Source: Diploschistes diacapsis
Lineage: Eukaryota
Assembly: GCA_023645945.1 (NCBI GenBank)
Contig: JALAIB010000017.1
Location: forward strand, 1-48,569
Length of the DNA stretch: 48,569 bases
Direction of reading: 5' to 3'
The notes below the pieces were generated by a model. It was not told the origin of the DNA, did no database searches, and saw nothing but the letters and a program-made list of their open reading frames with translations. Both the position numbers and the translations under genes were made by a program. Positions 13,201 through 26,199 of the stretch are shown here, in pieces. Positions within the stretch are counted from its first letter, which is position 1. Every line of letters starts with the position of its first letter.

Positions 13201-16200
13201 CGAATGGACTCACTTTGACATGGCGGAGCTTTGTCAGTACGACTGAACTGCCATGGCTATTAGATCATAAGCTAGCAAACGACACCATTTGCCTCGCAGC
13301 TGGATATATCACTATTGCTTCCCTCGCAGCTCAACGACTTGCCTTGTTCGATATTAGTCGATGCGTCTTGGAGATTCGTAGCATGCATATCATCAAGGCA
13401 ATGAATGACATTACCACCAGAGTTTTCGATTGAACTGTTCACCGAGTTGGTGCCGAGAAGATCCGCAGATGTTAATGAGTCGCCTTGTTGGTGGCATTTC
13501 ATTATCTCCAGTTTTGATGCTGGCCAAAGTATAAAACATGCCAGCGGTGATGTTGGGTTCGTCTCTAGTCATGAGGTTATTGAAATCTCTCCGCCAGTGG
13601 TGGTTGAAGAACCTGAGCAACAGCATAACCGAATCTGGTATTCTCGGTTTTAAAAATAGGTATGAACTTTGGGCCGAGGTTCTTTCATCCGCGGATGAAA
13701 GATATATCAGCGTCTACGACGTCCTTAATTGACCTTCCCACGGTGATTGAGGATGAGCATCACGGCATTTACAAATTTGACTTGCATCTAGTCGCAATCG
13801 ATGCTCAATGACAAGCTGGACTAATATCGAAGTCGGCGGGAGACCCTGAGAGGTTGGAAGCTCGGATTTCAGTCTGCATTGAGCGCATGCAGATGTGACC
13901 TGGGTTTCACCTCATCCGCCTCAGCTAGTGCACTGTAAACTCGTCGGGCAAGACGGTTGGATTCGGTGTGGACTTCATGCGGTCCGAGATATTGAGGTCT
14001 AACCAACAGCCAGTTTCTAAGTTCCAAAAATGTCAAAGGGGCACTATTGCACGGTACGGTGGAAGAGAGGTTCGCCAGACACCAGATGTTGCAGGTCCAT
14101 TAGCAGCCTGAGATATCAAAGATCCATCAGTTCAACAAATCAGCATACTGCAATCCGGTTCAACAACATATTCAGGAAACACAGAAAGACACCTCCGAAC
14201 ATCCATCAAGTCATTTGAGGATCGTGCTTGAGTTTCTTTCACGCTGGCAGAGCAACTTTGACCTTCTGCTGCTTGGAACTTTCCAAAGATCCATCACGTC
14301 CGATCTAATGGACTGTCTTGATTCAGGCAGTCCCTTCCAGCGCTTCAAGACCTTCAATTGGGGCCAGTTCAACGAACCGGTGTCTTACTTAGCAAGGATT
14401 GGATCGCCATTGCTTATCAGACCATCCTCCTCAGCTAAACTATCATGACCCGTGTGAAGAACCATCTCAACTTTTCGACATCGTCGTTTGTGACGACACA
14501 GAGATGTTAAGGACCATCTCGCTCCACGAGCATCTTTGACGGGTGTTCTCAAAGCCGATACGAAGCTATTACTTCTTGGGGAAGTCGATTTGCAGGCTTT
14601 GGCCGATCATGGATTCCAGGTGTTGGAAATAGCGGCACATGATACCCCAATCGCTCTTGCCTTTCGGACTTCAGGCTCTCTTGAACGTTTCTCCAAAGGC
14701 TTTACGCACACACCTTATACAGTGCTTGTTGTAAGTGATCCTACTCACCCGCTGGATGAGGCGATAGTAGAAGAGTTGGGAATCGAAGTTATTCTTTTTC
14801 AAGATCTACATAGGATCGAAATTCCCAGAAACTCATCCGTAATACTCACTCCTGAGCTTGATAATCCACTTCTCAGCACAGCGACCGAACAGCAATATTC
14901 AGCTAACAGAAACTGACAGACAATGTCTCCAAATTGCTCTGGGTTACCGGTGAAAATTTAGCCGGGTCGCAAAATCTTGATCTGTCCGTTGGGAAGGACA
15001 GTCATGGCAGAGCAACCTTCTCTGAATTTTTTTCGTAGTCGATATCGATAAACCCCGAGATGAGCTTAAGCTGACGGCCTTGAACCTCCTTGCACTTCTC
15101 AACGTCAATTTGAAGGCGCCTCTGGACTGTGAAGACTTGCAGAAAGATGGCGTTCTCCATGTAAGTAAACTCTTGCCAGCCGGCAAACTGAACAAAAATT
15201 TCCGAGACAGGAAGCTGGCTAGTGCACATATTGTTCCTCTACCTGACGCTGACTTCGCTAAGCTCTCAATTAAGGAGCCGGGCCAAATAGATACGTTACG
15301 CTTTGTTGAGGCTGCATATCTTCTTTCTATTCCGGACTGCTTGGACATTCGGGTAAAAGCTGTCGGTATCAGTGCCAAGGTAAGACATAGAGCTCGGGCG
15401 TGCAAGAAGCGTGAATCTAACTTCTGCACTAGGATTTGCATACATTGTCAGGGAGATCGAAACTGTCAAAAACACATGCTCTTGCGAATTCTCTGGTTGC
15501 ATCGTGAGAATTGGGAGCAAGGTCTCAGGGTTCGCCGTGGGAGATCGCGTGGTTTCATGTGCGCTAGGGTATTTCGCGACTTACGAATGCGTTCCAGCTT
15601 GGGCATGCTGCAAGATCCAGGAATACGAGAGTTTCGCGCAGATGGCTTCTACATCGGCTGTTTCTTATGACCGCGAGCTTCGCTCTCCGGACCCTAGCGC
15701 AGCTTCAAGAGGGCGAGTCGGTGCTTATCCATTCTGCTGCTGGCGGCGTTGGGATTGCGGCCATACTACTCGCCATCGATATCTGCGTCAACATTTACGC
15801 CACAGTGGGAACCGATGAGAAAAAGGGCCTATCTTACTACTGAACAGGATCAATCCTGATCATATATTCAACTCTCGTGATACCTCATTTGTTTGTCCAG
15901 TCCTGGTTACGACTGAATATAGAGAAGTCGACGTGATGTTAAATTCTTTGACAGGAGACAAGCTTCATGCAAATCTTGAAACCTGCAAAATTTGGTCGAA
16001 TTATAGAGATTGAGAAGCGCGATATCATCTGACGCTGGAAATCATAATATGCAAATCTTTGAGCGGTGTATCACTTTCTCAGCGGTTGATCTCCATGAGC
16101 TTTTCTATTCGGCTTCGGAAATAGGCTAAAGGCTCCATTGGTATCGTTTACGGCGACTACCGTGGGACTAGGGGCTCCCACCTTGCGATACAAATCAAGA

Positions 16201-17490
16201 GCCTTATGGAAGGTTTTTGAATATCTCTTTTGATGGGATTTCAGAACGGAACTCGCATAGGTAATATTGTTGTGTCGTTCGAGAGTAATGAACCATGCAT
16301 TCCCTATCTCCCGCAGAAGTTGGTCACTCGGTTCTCGCCGAGGAGATGCTATCTTCTTGTTGGATGTCTTGGTGGTCTAGGAAGAAGCATCGCCCGTCAT
16401 ATGCTAAACTCAAGGCGCACGGCATTTCTCATTCATTGGTCGTTCAGGAGTGGACAAAGCTGTAGCTCAGTATTTGGTCCAAGATCTCGAGCGAAATTGA
16501 GCGACTGTTGATATTGTTCGTGGTGATGTTCAAGATCTCACGACGGTCGAACTGGCTGTCAATCGCTTACAGCTCCCACTGGGTGGTGTTGTACAAGCTG
16601 CAATGGCAACTCGGGGAAAGTCTGTTCACCTCTATGACACATTCACAATAGAATGCCGTCCTTGGACCAAAAAGTCAGGGCTCGTGGAATATTCATAAGG
16701 CCATTACCGGGAAAGACGACCAGCTGGACTTTTTCCTCCCCGACAGGCTCAATATCAGGGTCGGTCTGTTCGCCCGCAGAAGGCAATCATTGTGCAGCAA
16801 ACTGTTTTCCTCGACCACTTTGCAGCTTACCTTCGCTCTCTTAATCTTCCTGCTATATCACTTGCCCTGGGACGGATGAACGGCATCGGTTACATATATG
16901 AGCATTCAGACATTGAGCAAATGCTGGGTCGCCGAGGTATGGCTGATATTACAGAGGATGATATGCTTTTCTGTTTATAGATGCTGCGCTTTCTAGGAGC
17001 AAACGATTCGCAGACATCTATGGCTCAAAGAAAAGCCTTGATCCTCACTGGAATGGAAACTGCCAGGTTAGGCGACATATTGGATCAAGGCTACGGAGTA
17101 TCTCCAGAGATGCTTGAAGAAGACCCCCTCTCCATATTTTGGTTTTGGGTGTTCCGAAGTTCCGAGGAATTCAAAGTGGATTTTTCAGTCATGGCTTATT
17201 AGTAGCGGTTGGTGACGCCCTGGCCTCCAGAAGATCGTGAGTTACTGAACAGGGTGGTGGTTTTTCGAGGTTCTCGCCGAAAGACCATCACACCTCATTC
17301 TCGTACCTTTTTGAAAAGCTATCTCAACACCTTCGACTATCGGAAACTGGCATGGACTCCCCAAGAGCAGGATGAGCGTGGGATTACATGGGGCGGACGC
17401 CAAGATTCGACAGTTGTTCCCACGCCCTCCCCGATCTGGGGAGGTCCTCCCAAAGTTCTCCAGTATCTAGCTCTAGGGCAGCATGACTGA
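10248..17490 (+). pseudogene. Highly reducing iterative type I polyketide synthase (KS-AT-DH-ER-KR-ACP), heavily disrupted
   Basis: KS: PIAVVG, MDPQQRLLLE, DTACSS, ECHGTGTPVG, GSVKSNFGHSE. AT: G*GAQW, AHSSG, AYHSH. DH: WLLDHKL..AAGYI. ER: VLIHSAAGGVG. KR: YLLVGCLGGLGRSIA. ACP: GMDS at about 17349-17360. Many stops and indels throughout. Confidence 0.93.
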
Positions 17491-17748
17491 CATTAACGAT
17501 GTAGTCTTCTATTACTTTGCGCAGATGCTCTATAGTCAGCCTCGTATATAGTCAAATCCCAACATTTTACGCCACACAGGAGATGGGGGGGGGTAGTGCA
17601 ACGTCTGACCCAAACGAGAGCCAGGTACTAACATTTTTTTTTCACAGAGGGGGCAAGCGTAAGTAAGCTTTGTGTATTCACCATCCCAAAAAAAACCCCC
17701 TGACTGTTCGACCATACAGTATATCACCTGCTTACCACCCACATCAGC

Positions 17749-20700
17749 TCACCGCTTCAGCGTCCTTCCCTTCTCCCCGCCCTCCCTCTTCCCGCCCCTC
17801 ACAACCAACCCCTTTCTCCTCCTCACGCCGTCCATGTACCTCTTTGCCACGTTCTCCCTATCCGCCAGCTCGCCCAGATCCTCCAGCTCATCTTCGGTGA
17901 ACGGCACCCAGAACGGGTCCTCGTCCAGCATCTCGAAGCCCCAAAACCGCAACTGCGGGCTCGCCTGCCCACTCGTCCTCTTCCTGATCTCGTCGCTGAA
18001 CCCAAAACTCTCGGCGACGGGCAGGAGGGCGGTGACGGTGAAGAAGGGTGTGCCTTCTTTGACGGCTTCGGAAACGATACGGCCGCCGCGGCGCGTGATG
18101 ACCGCATACACCCGGCCTAGTACGTCGGTGGAGGCTTGGATCTCGCTCGAGTAGAGGGCGAGGAGGAGGCGAGGGGACCAGTCGAGAAAGCCGGTGTGGA
18201 TGGAGGAACGGGTGGTCCGGATGACTTCGCCTGTTAGGCGCCCTAGGTCAAGGCTGGAGGAGGACGAGGAGATGGGCTGGGTAAACGTGGAAGAAGAGGT
18301 AGGTTCGATGGTGGTAGTTGCTTCAGCATCGGTGCCGGGAGTGGCGGTGGCCGAGGGGGAGGGCGCGATAGTTACGGATTCGAGGAAGACGGCGATACCT
18401 TGGACGGGTTCACTACAGAGGGGGCCTTGAGCGGTGGCGAGCTGAAAGGCGTGGGTGATGCGATCGGAGAAGTCTGCGGGACTAAGCGTAGATGGCGTGC
18501 TATCGGTCTCAAGGGCTGCACAGTCTGTGCTCGCCTCTTGCAAGCTGTGGGCTTCTCAGCGAGGCTTAAAGAGAACAATTACAATGGATTAACTTACAAT
18601 TTTCGACATATCTTGTCGCTCGTTGCGTCGAAAAGAAGGTTGGGGCCAACTCTTCGAGGGCCAAAGGCTGTGATGTGTTCGATTGCATCAAGCCAAAAGT
18701 CGTGTTGGTCTTTAAGTTCTTTGATAGACTCTCTCAAACTGTCCTTAAAGTCGTTTATCGACATCGTCGCCGTGCCGATGATATCTTCGACAGCTATCCC
18801 TTCCACTTCGACCAGCTCTGATCCCTCTGCACCTTTTTGTATGTCCTCTGCTGCCTTTTTCGTTGCATACAACCGCCTAATGTCTTCTACATTCTTTTCG
18901 AGAAAATCTGTCAATGCTGCAGGCAGTGGCCGTACTCGTAACCGTATCGTTATCTGCTTAGACGTAGTAACTCCAATGGTTGTTCCTCGAGGCAAGTCCT
19001 TGTTTTTGGGATCCGCCATTTCAGCAGCACTAATAATGCTCTCGCGATATGGCACTAGGGGCTCGCTAGCTTGAATGTCACACCGTGCAAAGCGTTCCTT
19101 CAAATCCTTCAAGCATCGTTCTAGATGCAACTCCCCAGCACCAAGGATCACATATTCTCCGTTCTCTTGCACCTCGAACTTAGCGCAAGGGTCGCTTTGC
19201 TCTAGGAGCCTGAGCCCTTCTTTCATCTTATCAAGGTCTGCTGGGTTAACCGGCTCAAGTGCCACCCGAACAATAGGCTCACCCCCCATGCTTACTCCTG
19301 CAAGGTTAACAGACCCTTCAAGCTGGCTGCATAGAGTTCCGGTCTTCAATATGTGGCCCTCCAGGCCACCAATACCAAACACAACACCAGCTGGTACTGA
19401 TTGAAGAGACTCCAGAGACCTACCCATCAGCAGGTACAAAGCCGTCACAGTGACCTTGCTGGGTTCAGGCTGCGCATGCGGAGTTTCAGGAGAGAATTTT
19501 GGAGGTAGCACGTACACAGAATCACCTACAGAAAGTGTGCCTGAATAGAGGCGCGCGAAGCCAATGAGCTGCTCTGGTTCTTGAGGTGCCTCAGGCTCAG
19601 CGTGATCTGTACTGTCATCCAGACTTGCGTTTGCGAAACCACTTGTAACCCCGTTGACTCCTTTGACTCCGTTGGTCTCATTCTGTGCCGCTGCTCGTGC
19701 TTTGGCAATCTCTGCACGTCTCTTCCTAGCCAGTTCGCGAGCCTCCTCCGGCGTCATTGTTGAGCCAGCTTTTCTTTTGTTCTGAGAGAGTTCACTTGCA
19801 GGAATCGATACCATCTTACTGACATACGCCACTATTGGGTCTTCTCGTCCAGTCTTGAAATCTGTCATGGCCTCCCGAACCGCATGACTGATGTGGTCGG
19901 CTCCCGGAGATGCATCCAGCAGTGCTGGTATACGACCAGCTTGAGCGATGGGCGGAGACGGTAGTTGCTCAACCACGGAGACTAGCAAGGCTATTGAGAG
20001 AGGTAGCCACGAGGAGAATATGGTCGTCATCAGGACTCGCGGATCTCTAGAGCGCATCACATGAGGTGGAATCGTAAGCCCTAATGACTTTGTGATTTTC
20101 TCAACCATGCTACCGTCCCTATGTCTTATCAGCGGTAGACCAATAGAGCAACAACTCAATCATACCCTTTGCTTTTGCCTTCGGGTGAGGTGGCATCATA
20201 AATGGCCCAGATGTTGTCCAACACCAGCTGCACAAACATAGGCTTCAAAGACCTACCTTTCAGATGCTTGGAGCTTAATATTCTTTTAGTCTTGGGATCC
20301 AGGTAGTAATCCCCCCAGAGTACTTTTTCCAATACGGAGCGTTTGATGCCGAGTTTCTTTTCATACAGTTTACCAAATTGGCGTACTGTAAAGGCCCAGC
20401 CATCTACAGCGCTACTGAATATCACATTATTGCGTTCTGGGGCGAAGTAAAGGTCCTCGTCATCGCGCTCCTCATAAGCTCCATTGGTAGACTCTTGGGT
20501 ATCATCGTTCATATCGGGAGCCTCTGTACCTTTTTCACCTTGGTTCTCTTTGTTTTTCACGGTGGACGCGTTTATACGTTGATCGACCTTCTCCCTCCAT
20601 TGAAGGTCTTCTTCCATACGCTCACCCTGAAAGAAGCCGCCCAAAACAGCGTTCACCTGTTCGAGAAGTCTACTCAGGTGTATATATGCTTCACCCGGTG

Positions 20701-21305
20701 TCATTTTCCACTCAGTTATCAGGCGATCCATCTTGTTGATGACAAGAACCGGCTTGAGCTTCTCAAGCCAGGTTTGACGTAGCACGGTCACTGTCTGGCT
20801 ACAAACGCCTTCCACAGCATCGACCAAAACGACTGCCCCGTCACAAAGGCGTGAAGCTGTCGAAACTTCACTGCTGAAATCGACATGACCGGGCGAGTCT
20901 ATCAAATTGATCAAGTAGTCCTTCTGCTCTGGTTCTGCTTCCGGACTTATCCTTCGAGCCATGGAGAAGCATAGGGATATTGCAGAAGACTCCATGGTTA
21001 TACCGCGTAGCTGCTCGTCGGGACGCGAATCGAGGTACCGGATCTTGCCTGCCATTTTCGGGGAGATGATGCCATTTGTGGCGATAAGTGCATCTGTTAA
21101 GGAAGTCTTGCCGTGATCCTGAATGGTTTAGCATGGCCGAGTGGACGTTGGTTGCATGACCTACGACATGGGCAAGGATGCAAATCTGATATCCTTGTCA
21201 ACCAACTTTGAAGCCACTGGCGAGCTTTAGCAGCAAACGTACATTTCGAACATCGTGAGCATTGTGCTGCAGCGCTACAAGTTTCTCGGGGCTAACAACA
21301 GGCAT
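17749..21305 (-). CDS. RIA1: Elongation factor-like GTPase 1 (60S maturation, eIF6/Tif6 release)
   Basis: Motifs: RNICILAHVDHGKTSLTD, YLDSRPDEQLRGITMESS, INLIDSPGHVDFSSEV, NKMD, GELHLERCLKDL, LPVAESFGF..IRKRTSG.ASPQL and DPFWVP. Introns 21186-21242, 21119-21164, 20119-20165 and 18545-18597 all keep frame. Confidence 0.96.
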
Positions 21306-21403
21306 TTTGGGGGGGTTGGAGCGCTGGCGCCTCGAAACAACGAAGGAAAGGTGGAGAGAGCTCCTGCCTTGTGTGATAGCTGGATGCTATTACTCTTTGA
21401 CTC

Positions 21404-21452
21404 GAGATGAGTATGTATGTATGTATCAAGCATCGAAGTAGTTGACTCATCT
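21404..21452. promoter_or_regulatory. PAC-like (GATGAG) motifs upstream of RIA1/EFL1
   Basis: GAGATGAG at 21404-21411 and CTCATCT at 21446-21452 lie 100-150 nt upstream of the ATG, flanking a (GTAT)n run. The motifs are short and could occur by chance. Confidence 0.3.
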
Positions 21453-22354
21453 AGCCATCAGAGCTATGGATACTTGCGCTTCTTTGATCAAGCCTGAAGC
21501 TATTTAGGGATAATACTTTATGGTAATGAACTTCTAGGCTTTTTATCCCTTCAATTGTACCATCGACCCTGTTCACCGGTTTTTCAGGTCGTTACAAGCA
21601 TTGTCAGTTTTCTGCTATAACTTTCAACGTGTGCCCTCGTCAGCCACAGATGCAAGTCACAGCCACCGGTGAACTGTAGTCGCCGTCGCACCGCCACAGC
21701 TGTCTTTTTCCTTGTGTGTTTCTATTCTTGTTCTGTACCACAGCACAACATAGTTAACGCTGTCAAAAGCCCGGCAGAAGCTTCTTCCCATGTCCCTTCC
21801 ATTGTGCTCGCTAAGTGATTCAGGTACTAGAAAAGGGTTTACCGCTCCGTGTGCATCAGAAGGGTTTCAGCGCCCGCCGTCCTCTCCCTTTCCGGCATTT
21901 TTGTTGGCTTAGAAGTCGCATGGGCCTCATCGCCAACTGAGGGTTGGAGGTCTGACAAAGCATCGAAATCCTAATGTCTGGCTTTTGATGTCACAGCCAG
22001 GTTGTTCACGGCACGATCCGAAAACACTACTTTGCATTACTAGCAATGGATCTGCTCTTGATGGTTGGTTGAGAGCCTCACCGTTCTCTTCGCTGAAACC
22101 TGCACATACAAATTGTATGTTTTAGACAAAGGAACCGACGATCCCCCATTTCCCCACCTTTTCGCCTCCTCCGGGATCCTATTCTCGAATCTGGAACTCT
22201 CCTCTGTAACGTGTGCTTCCCACACGGAAAACCGTTTCCAATTGCTGTGAATAAAGAGTGCTGGACGCTCAACACCTTTCGACACTGGCTTCCCATCCCG
22301 TTGCCTCTGTATAGAGTGTTGACCCTTTGCCAACGGTCGAGTCACTTGCCGCCC

Positions 22355-23774
22355 ATGGCCGAGGTTTTGCATCCACCCAAACAACCACCCACACACGCGA
22401 TGGCCGTGCCTGATAGCCTCGAGAACAGCAAGCCGAGATTACCACCGGCGTCGATAGCAATACCAATATCGACACACCCTGCGCGAAGTGGACATCTGAA
22501 CCTCGATGTCTTCTCGCCCGTCAATCAGAATGGCAGCTTCGAATTCGATCGCGTGATCAAAAGCGGGCAAATCTACAAGCGGTCAAGGAAGACAAGAGTA
22601 GGTGTCCAAAGAATTTGAATACAGTACAATTGATACTGACTCCAACCTTCAGCAATGGAAGAGCTTCTTCCTCGTCCTTCGCCCAAATCTCCTTTCCATG
22701 TACAAGAACGTATCGGAAGAAAAGCTCCTCAAGCAGATCAACCTCTCCGACCTGACTGCCGCAGCTTATCTCAAAGACCCTAAAGGCCGTCGCCAGCACA
22801 TGTTCGGCCTCTTCACGCCTTCCCACAACTATCAGTTCCAAGCCGGCACTGATGCCGAAGCGCGCAAGTGGATCGAGCTAATACGCAACGAAGCGCGCAT
22901 CGATGAAGAGGAGGAATCCATGATCTTTGGGAGTCCACCGCCACGCGACGAGAATGTCATGTCTCAAAGTATAGACCATAACTTGGAATCAAGCAACCGG
23001 CGGCAGATACCTTACGACCGCTTTGCCTCGAGCTCACCCGAACCAATGGACAATCCCATAGTACCTTCTACAACAGCTCGTGCAGGTATCCGCATACCCG
23101 GCGCCCCTCTACAATCTTCCACACACGAGCTCGATTATTCAGGCCAAGAACACGGTTCCTACTCCGACTTCTCGGATACCGCCCCTCCACGGCCGCTCCA
23201 TGGGGCCTCTGCAACCTCCATCCCAAACCCCAGCCTCCAAGCCGCGAGCGCAGCCGCGACCAGCAACCTAGCCCTACGACCCAGCAACGTCGCCCGCGAA
23301 CCCAGCCAAACAAACCCCCTCAACGCCGACGCTGTCGCCAAAAATAGCACCTCCTTCACAACAACACCTTCCAACCAAAACGGCCCTTCCACCACGACCG
23401 CAGTTGCCAATCCCTCTCCCTCCACCGAAACCCCCGAAGACCCCGCCCGCACAATCTGGCAGGGCCACCTCCTCTGCCTGAAATCCAAGGGCGGCGTGCG
23501 CGCGTGGAAGAAGTTGTGGGTCGTGCTGCGCCCGCAGGCGCTGGCCCTCTACAAGACCGAGGACGAGTACTCGGCGCACCTGGTGATTCCGCTGGAGAGC
23601 GTGCTGAGCGCGATCGAGATCGACCCGATCAGCCGGACGAAGAGGCATTGCCTGCAGATCATTGCCGAGGAGAGGAACTATCGGTTCTGTGCCGAGAGCG
23701 AGGAGGGGCTGGCGAGGTGCCTGGGGGCGGTGAAGAGTTTGTTGGCGAGGAGGAAGGTCAGGAGAGTGAGGTAG
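22355..23774 (+). CDS. Tandem PH-domain protein (Opy1-like)
   Basis: PH1: FDRVIKSGQIYKRSRKTR/QWKSFFLVLRPNLLSMYK..WIELIR. PH2: WQGHLLCLKSKGGVRAWKKLWVVLRP..NYRFCAESEE. Intron 22598-22652 (GTAGGT..CTGAC..CAG). Confidence 0.88.
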
Positions 23775-24421
23775 GGGGCGTGTGTAGGACGCGGGAGTGA
23801 AGAGGGAGCGTGCAGGGGGGGTGAGAAGAGGTATATGTGTGTTGAGGAAAGGAGAGGATGGAAGAGGCGAAGCTTTTGGGTTGGCTGTACATAGCCTTTT
23901 GTGGGGGACGGATGGAAGAGACGGAGGAGATTGGGGGATTGTACATACTGTGCGCTTCACATACGGATTAATGATGTACATAGTATCAAATGGCGCGCAT
24001 GGCATACATGGGCAATCACATGATGCCACTCAAGACTGTTCATTCAATGTTTTTTTTTTTCCTTTGGCAATTTAAAAGTTCTATTCTGTAACCTCGATCG
24101 TCGCATCTATAAGATGCAAAGCACTCCTCCCCTCCTCCCCCTTCCCCAGCAGACCTCGATAGCTAATAGTACTGCACGCCCGAGCTCCAAGCTCTCGTAA
24201 TGTCATAATTTCATCCGTCATATCTCATCCCAGTCTTTCGATGGACCAACGACTTCAATCCCGTGCGTCGAGCCCAAAGCCCCTAATTGTTGAGCCTCTG
24301 CTCGCCTACCCGTACTATCTTTCCGGAGATATTCCGCTCTCATCCACCCCGGGAGGATCCAGGGTGAAGGGAGAAAAGGGGATTTGCACGTCTGCCTCCT
24401 TCGGCTTTCGGTCGTCTCCCG

Positions 24422-25499
24422 TCACGGCGCAGAGGCGGGCGGTCCACGCGGCGGCCTCACCTCGAACCAGCTCGTCTCGCCCTTGACACCACCTCTGCGC
24501 GGCAGGAGTCTCTTGTCCCACTTCCTCTCCCACTGACGGATCCACGCCACCATGTTGCTCTTGCTCAGTTCATACTCCCCATACCCGGTCCACGGGTACA
24601 GTGCAAACTGTATCCTTTTCAGACTCTGGCTGCCCTTGACCAAGTCCTTGAACCACTCGACGCTGTTGAACTCGTCGTTGCCGCCTCCCGTGTAGGTTTC
24701 TGGCCCACCATCATCGCGAAAGAGCGTTAGCGTCCGTAGGTTTTTGAGGGGCGTGAGGAGGGCATAGGAGCGCCAAGAATCGTCGCGCAGACATTTTGAA
24801 ATTGCTGGGGTGTTGTCTGATATTGAATCGGAGGCAGAGAAATCCGAGCCGGTGCAATAGATCAGGTCATTCTCAACTTGGAGATGGTGGATGCGGTTCA
24901 TGTTCTCTGGCCCTGCGAGCTCAGCGAAGGACTGAAGCTCGGGGACGGTCCTGACGTAGAAGACGTTGGAGCGGTACCAGGCGCGGGACATCTCGGGGAG
25001 AAGGTAGGGACATGCCACGGCGAGGGGCATGTGCTCTGGCTGGCCGTTGCTGTCAAGGGTTCGCCGGGCCTTTGTCAGGGAGGATGTTTGAGTGGCTTTT
25101 TTGCTGCTCGCTTGGGGGAGGAAGTCTGCCGGACACGGACAACTTAATCACAACTCGAGATGCTTGAGTTAGAGAGGAGGGGGGCAAGGATTGCATACCT
25201 GATACTTTGACCTTGGTCTTATATCGTGCAGCGAATTCGCCCACGAGGATCTGAATGTCGAAGGGCAGCTTGGTGAATGGAAATGGTTCTGACGGGAACT
25301 TAGGCGCAGTGCCGCACTTTCTGTGGACCGTGACCTTAAACCTGAACGCTGGTCGAGGGGGCGGCGTCATTTCTGGATAATCCTTTGATCCCCACCTCCA
25401 CGGCTTGTCTCTCGCTTCACGTGCATTGCGGCGCTCCTCGAGTTTCGGGCTCAAAGGGACCGAAGAGCTTGAAGGAGAGCTCATGTTAGAGGAAGTCAT
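24422..25499 (-). CDS. Hypothetical fungal protein with an F-box-like FPFxKLP signature
   Basis: Two ORFs join in frame through a candidate intron 25126-25198 (GTATGC..CAG). FPFTKLPFDIQ followed by LAVACPYLLPEMSRAWYRSNVF resembles a common fungal hypothetical-protein pattern. Confidence 0.6.
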
Positions 25500-26199
25500 A
25501 ATGAACGAGTCTTTGAAAGGTTGGTTTGGTTGGTAAGGCGAAGACTGAGTAGAGATCTGGAGGTTATTGTGGCGTCTTTGGGGGGGATCCCTATTCGCTC
25601 GAGCTCAACGCAACTCCTCCTCTACAGGCATCCTGGACTCTTAAAAGAAAAAGGAAAAAGAGAAAAAAATTGAAAAAGGAGGCTGGGATGATTCAACTCA
25701 CGAGACACACGAGTAGAACCTTTGGTTGGGAAGCCGCAGTGGTTAAGTAGACAAAGCAGATACTCGAACGGACACTGGATGTCAATGCAGTTACACCCTC
25801 GGAAAGGGAATGCGGGGGGGGGGGGACTCCGCGGTCACAAAGGCAGCGCAAGGCAGACAGCCACTTGCAGACTTCAGGTAGGCAGGCTGCTGCTTAGTAT
25901 GTTCTACAAACACTACATAAGCTGCGTTTTCATCAAGATACCTAACGGTTATATATATACCGCTCCGGCCTTCAGCTTCACAGTAACAAAAGCGGAGCGC
26001 GCCCAATCAATACAACCAGTTCCGAACGTACCATATAGTTCTAGTAGAATATCTACCTGCTTTAAAAGATCATATACTCCGCTGCATCTCTCCCGCCCAT
26101 TGCCTCCCTCAGATTCCAAGTCCCACCCTGTGGGTTGCGTAACAGGTAGGAACGAGACTCCCCTCGACTCACATTCGGCAAGTCTCTTCGCAGTGTCCG

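Noticed and set aside
3700..17700. Cluster as cargo of a Starship or other large mobile element
   Set aside because: No tyrosine-recombinase captain, transposase or bounding repeats are recognisable in the window.
22211..22354. In-frame non-AUG N-terminal extension of the PH protein
   Set aside because: An open frame of 48 codons alone is weak evidence, and no conservation data are available.
23274..24029. 251-aa antisense ORF over the PH gene, and similar antisense ORFs over RIA1, RRB1 and the elongase
   Set aside because: These are shadow ORFs of GC-rich coding sequence with no recognisable domains.
25640..25900. Possible Pol III or structured ncRNA ending in T-runs on the minus strand
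   Set aside because: No tRNA fold or recognisable snRNA, RNase P/MRP or 5S motifs. More simply the pyrimidine-rich leader of the gene starting at 25499.
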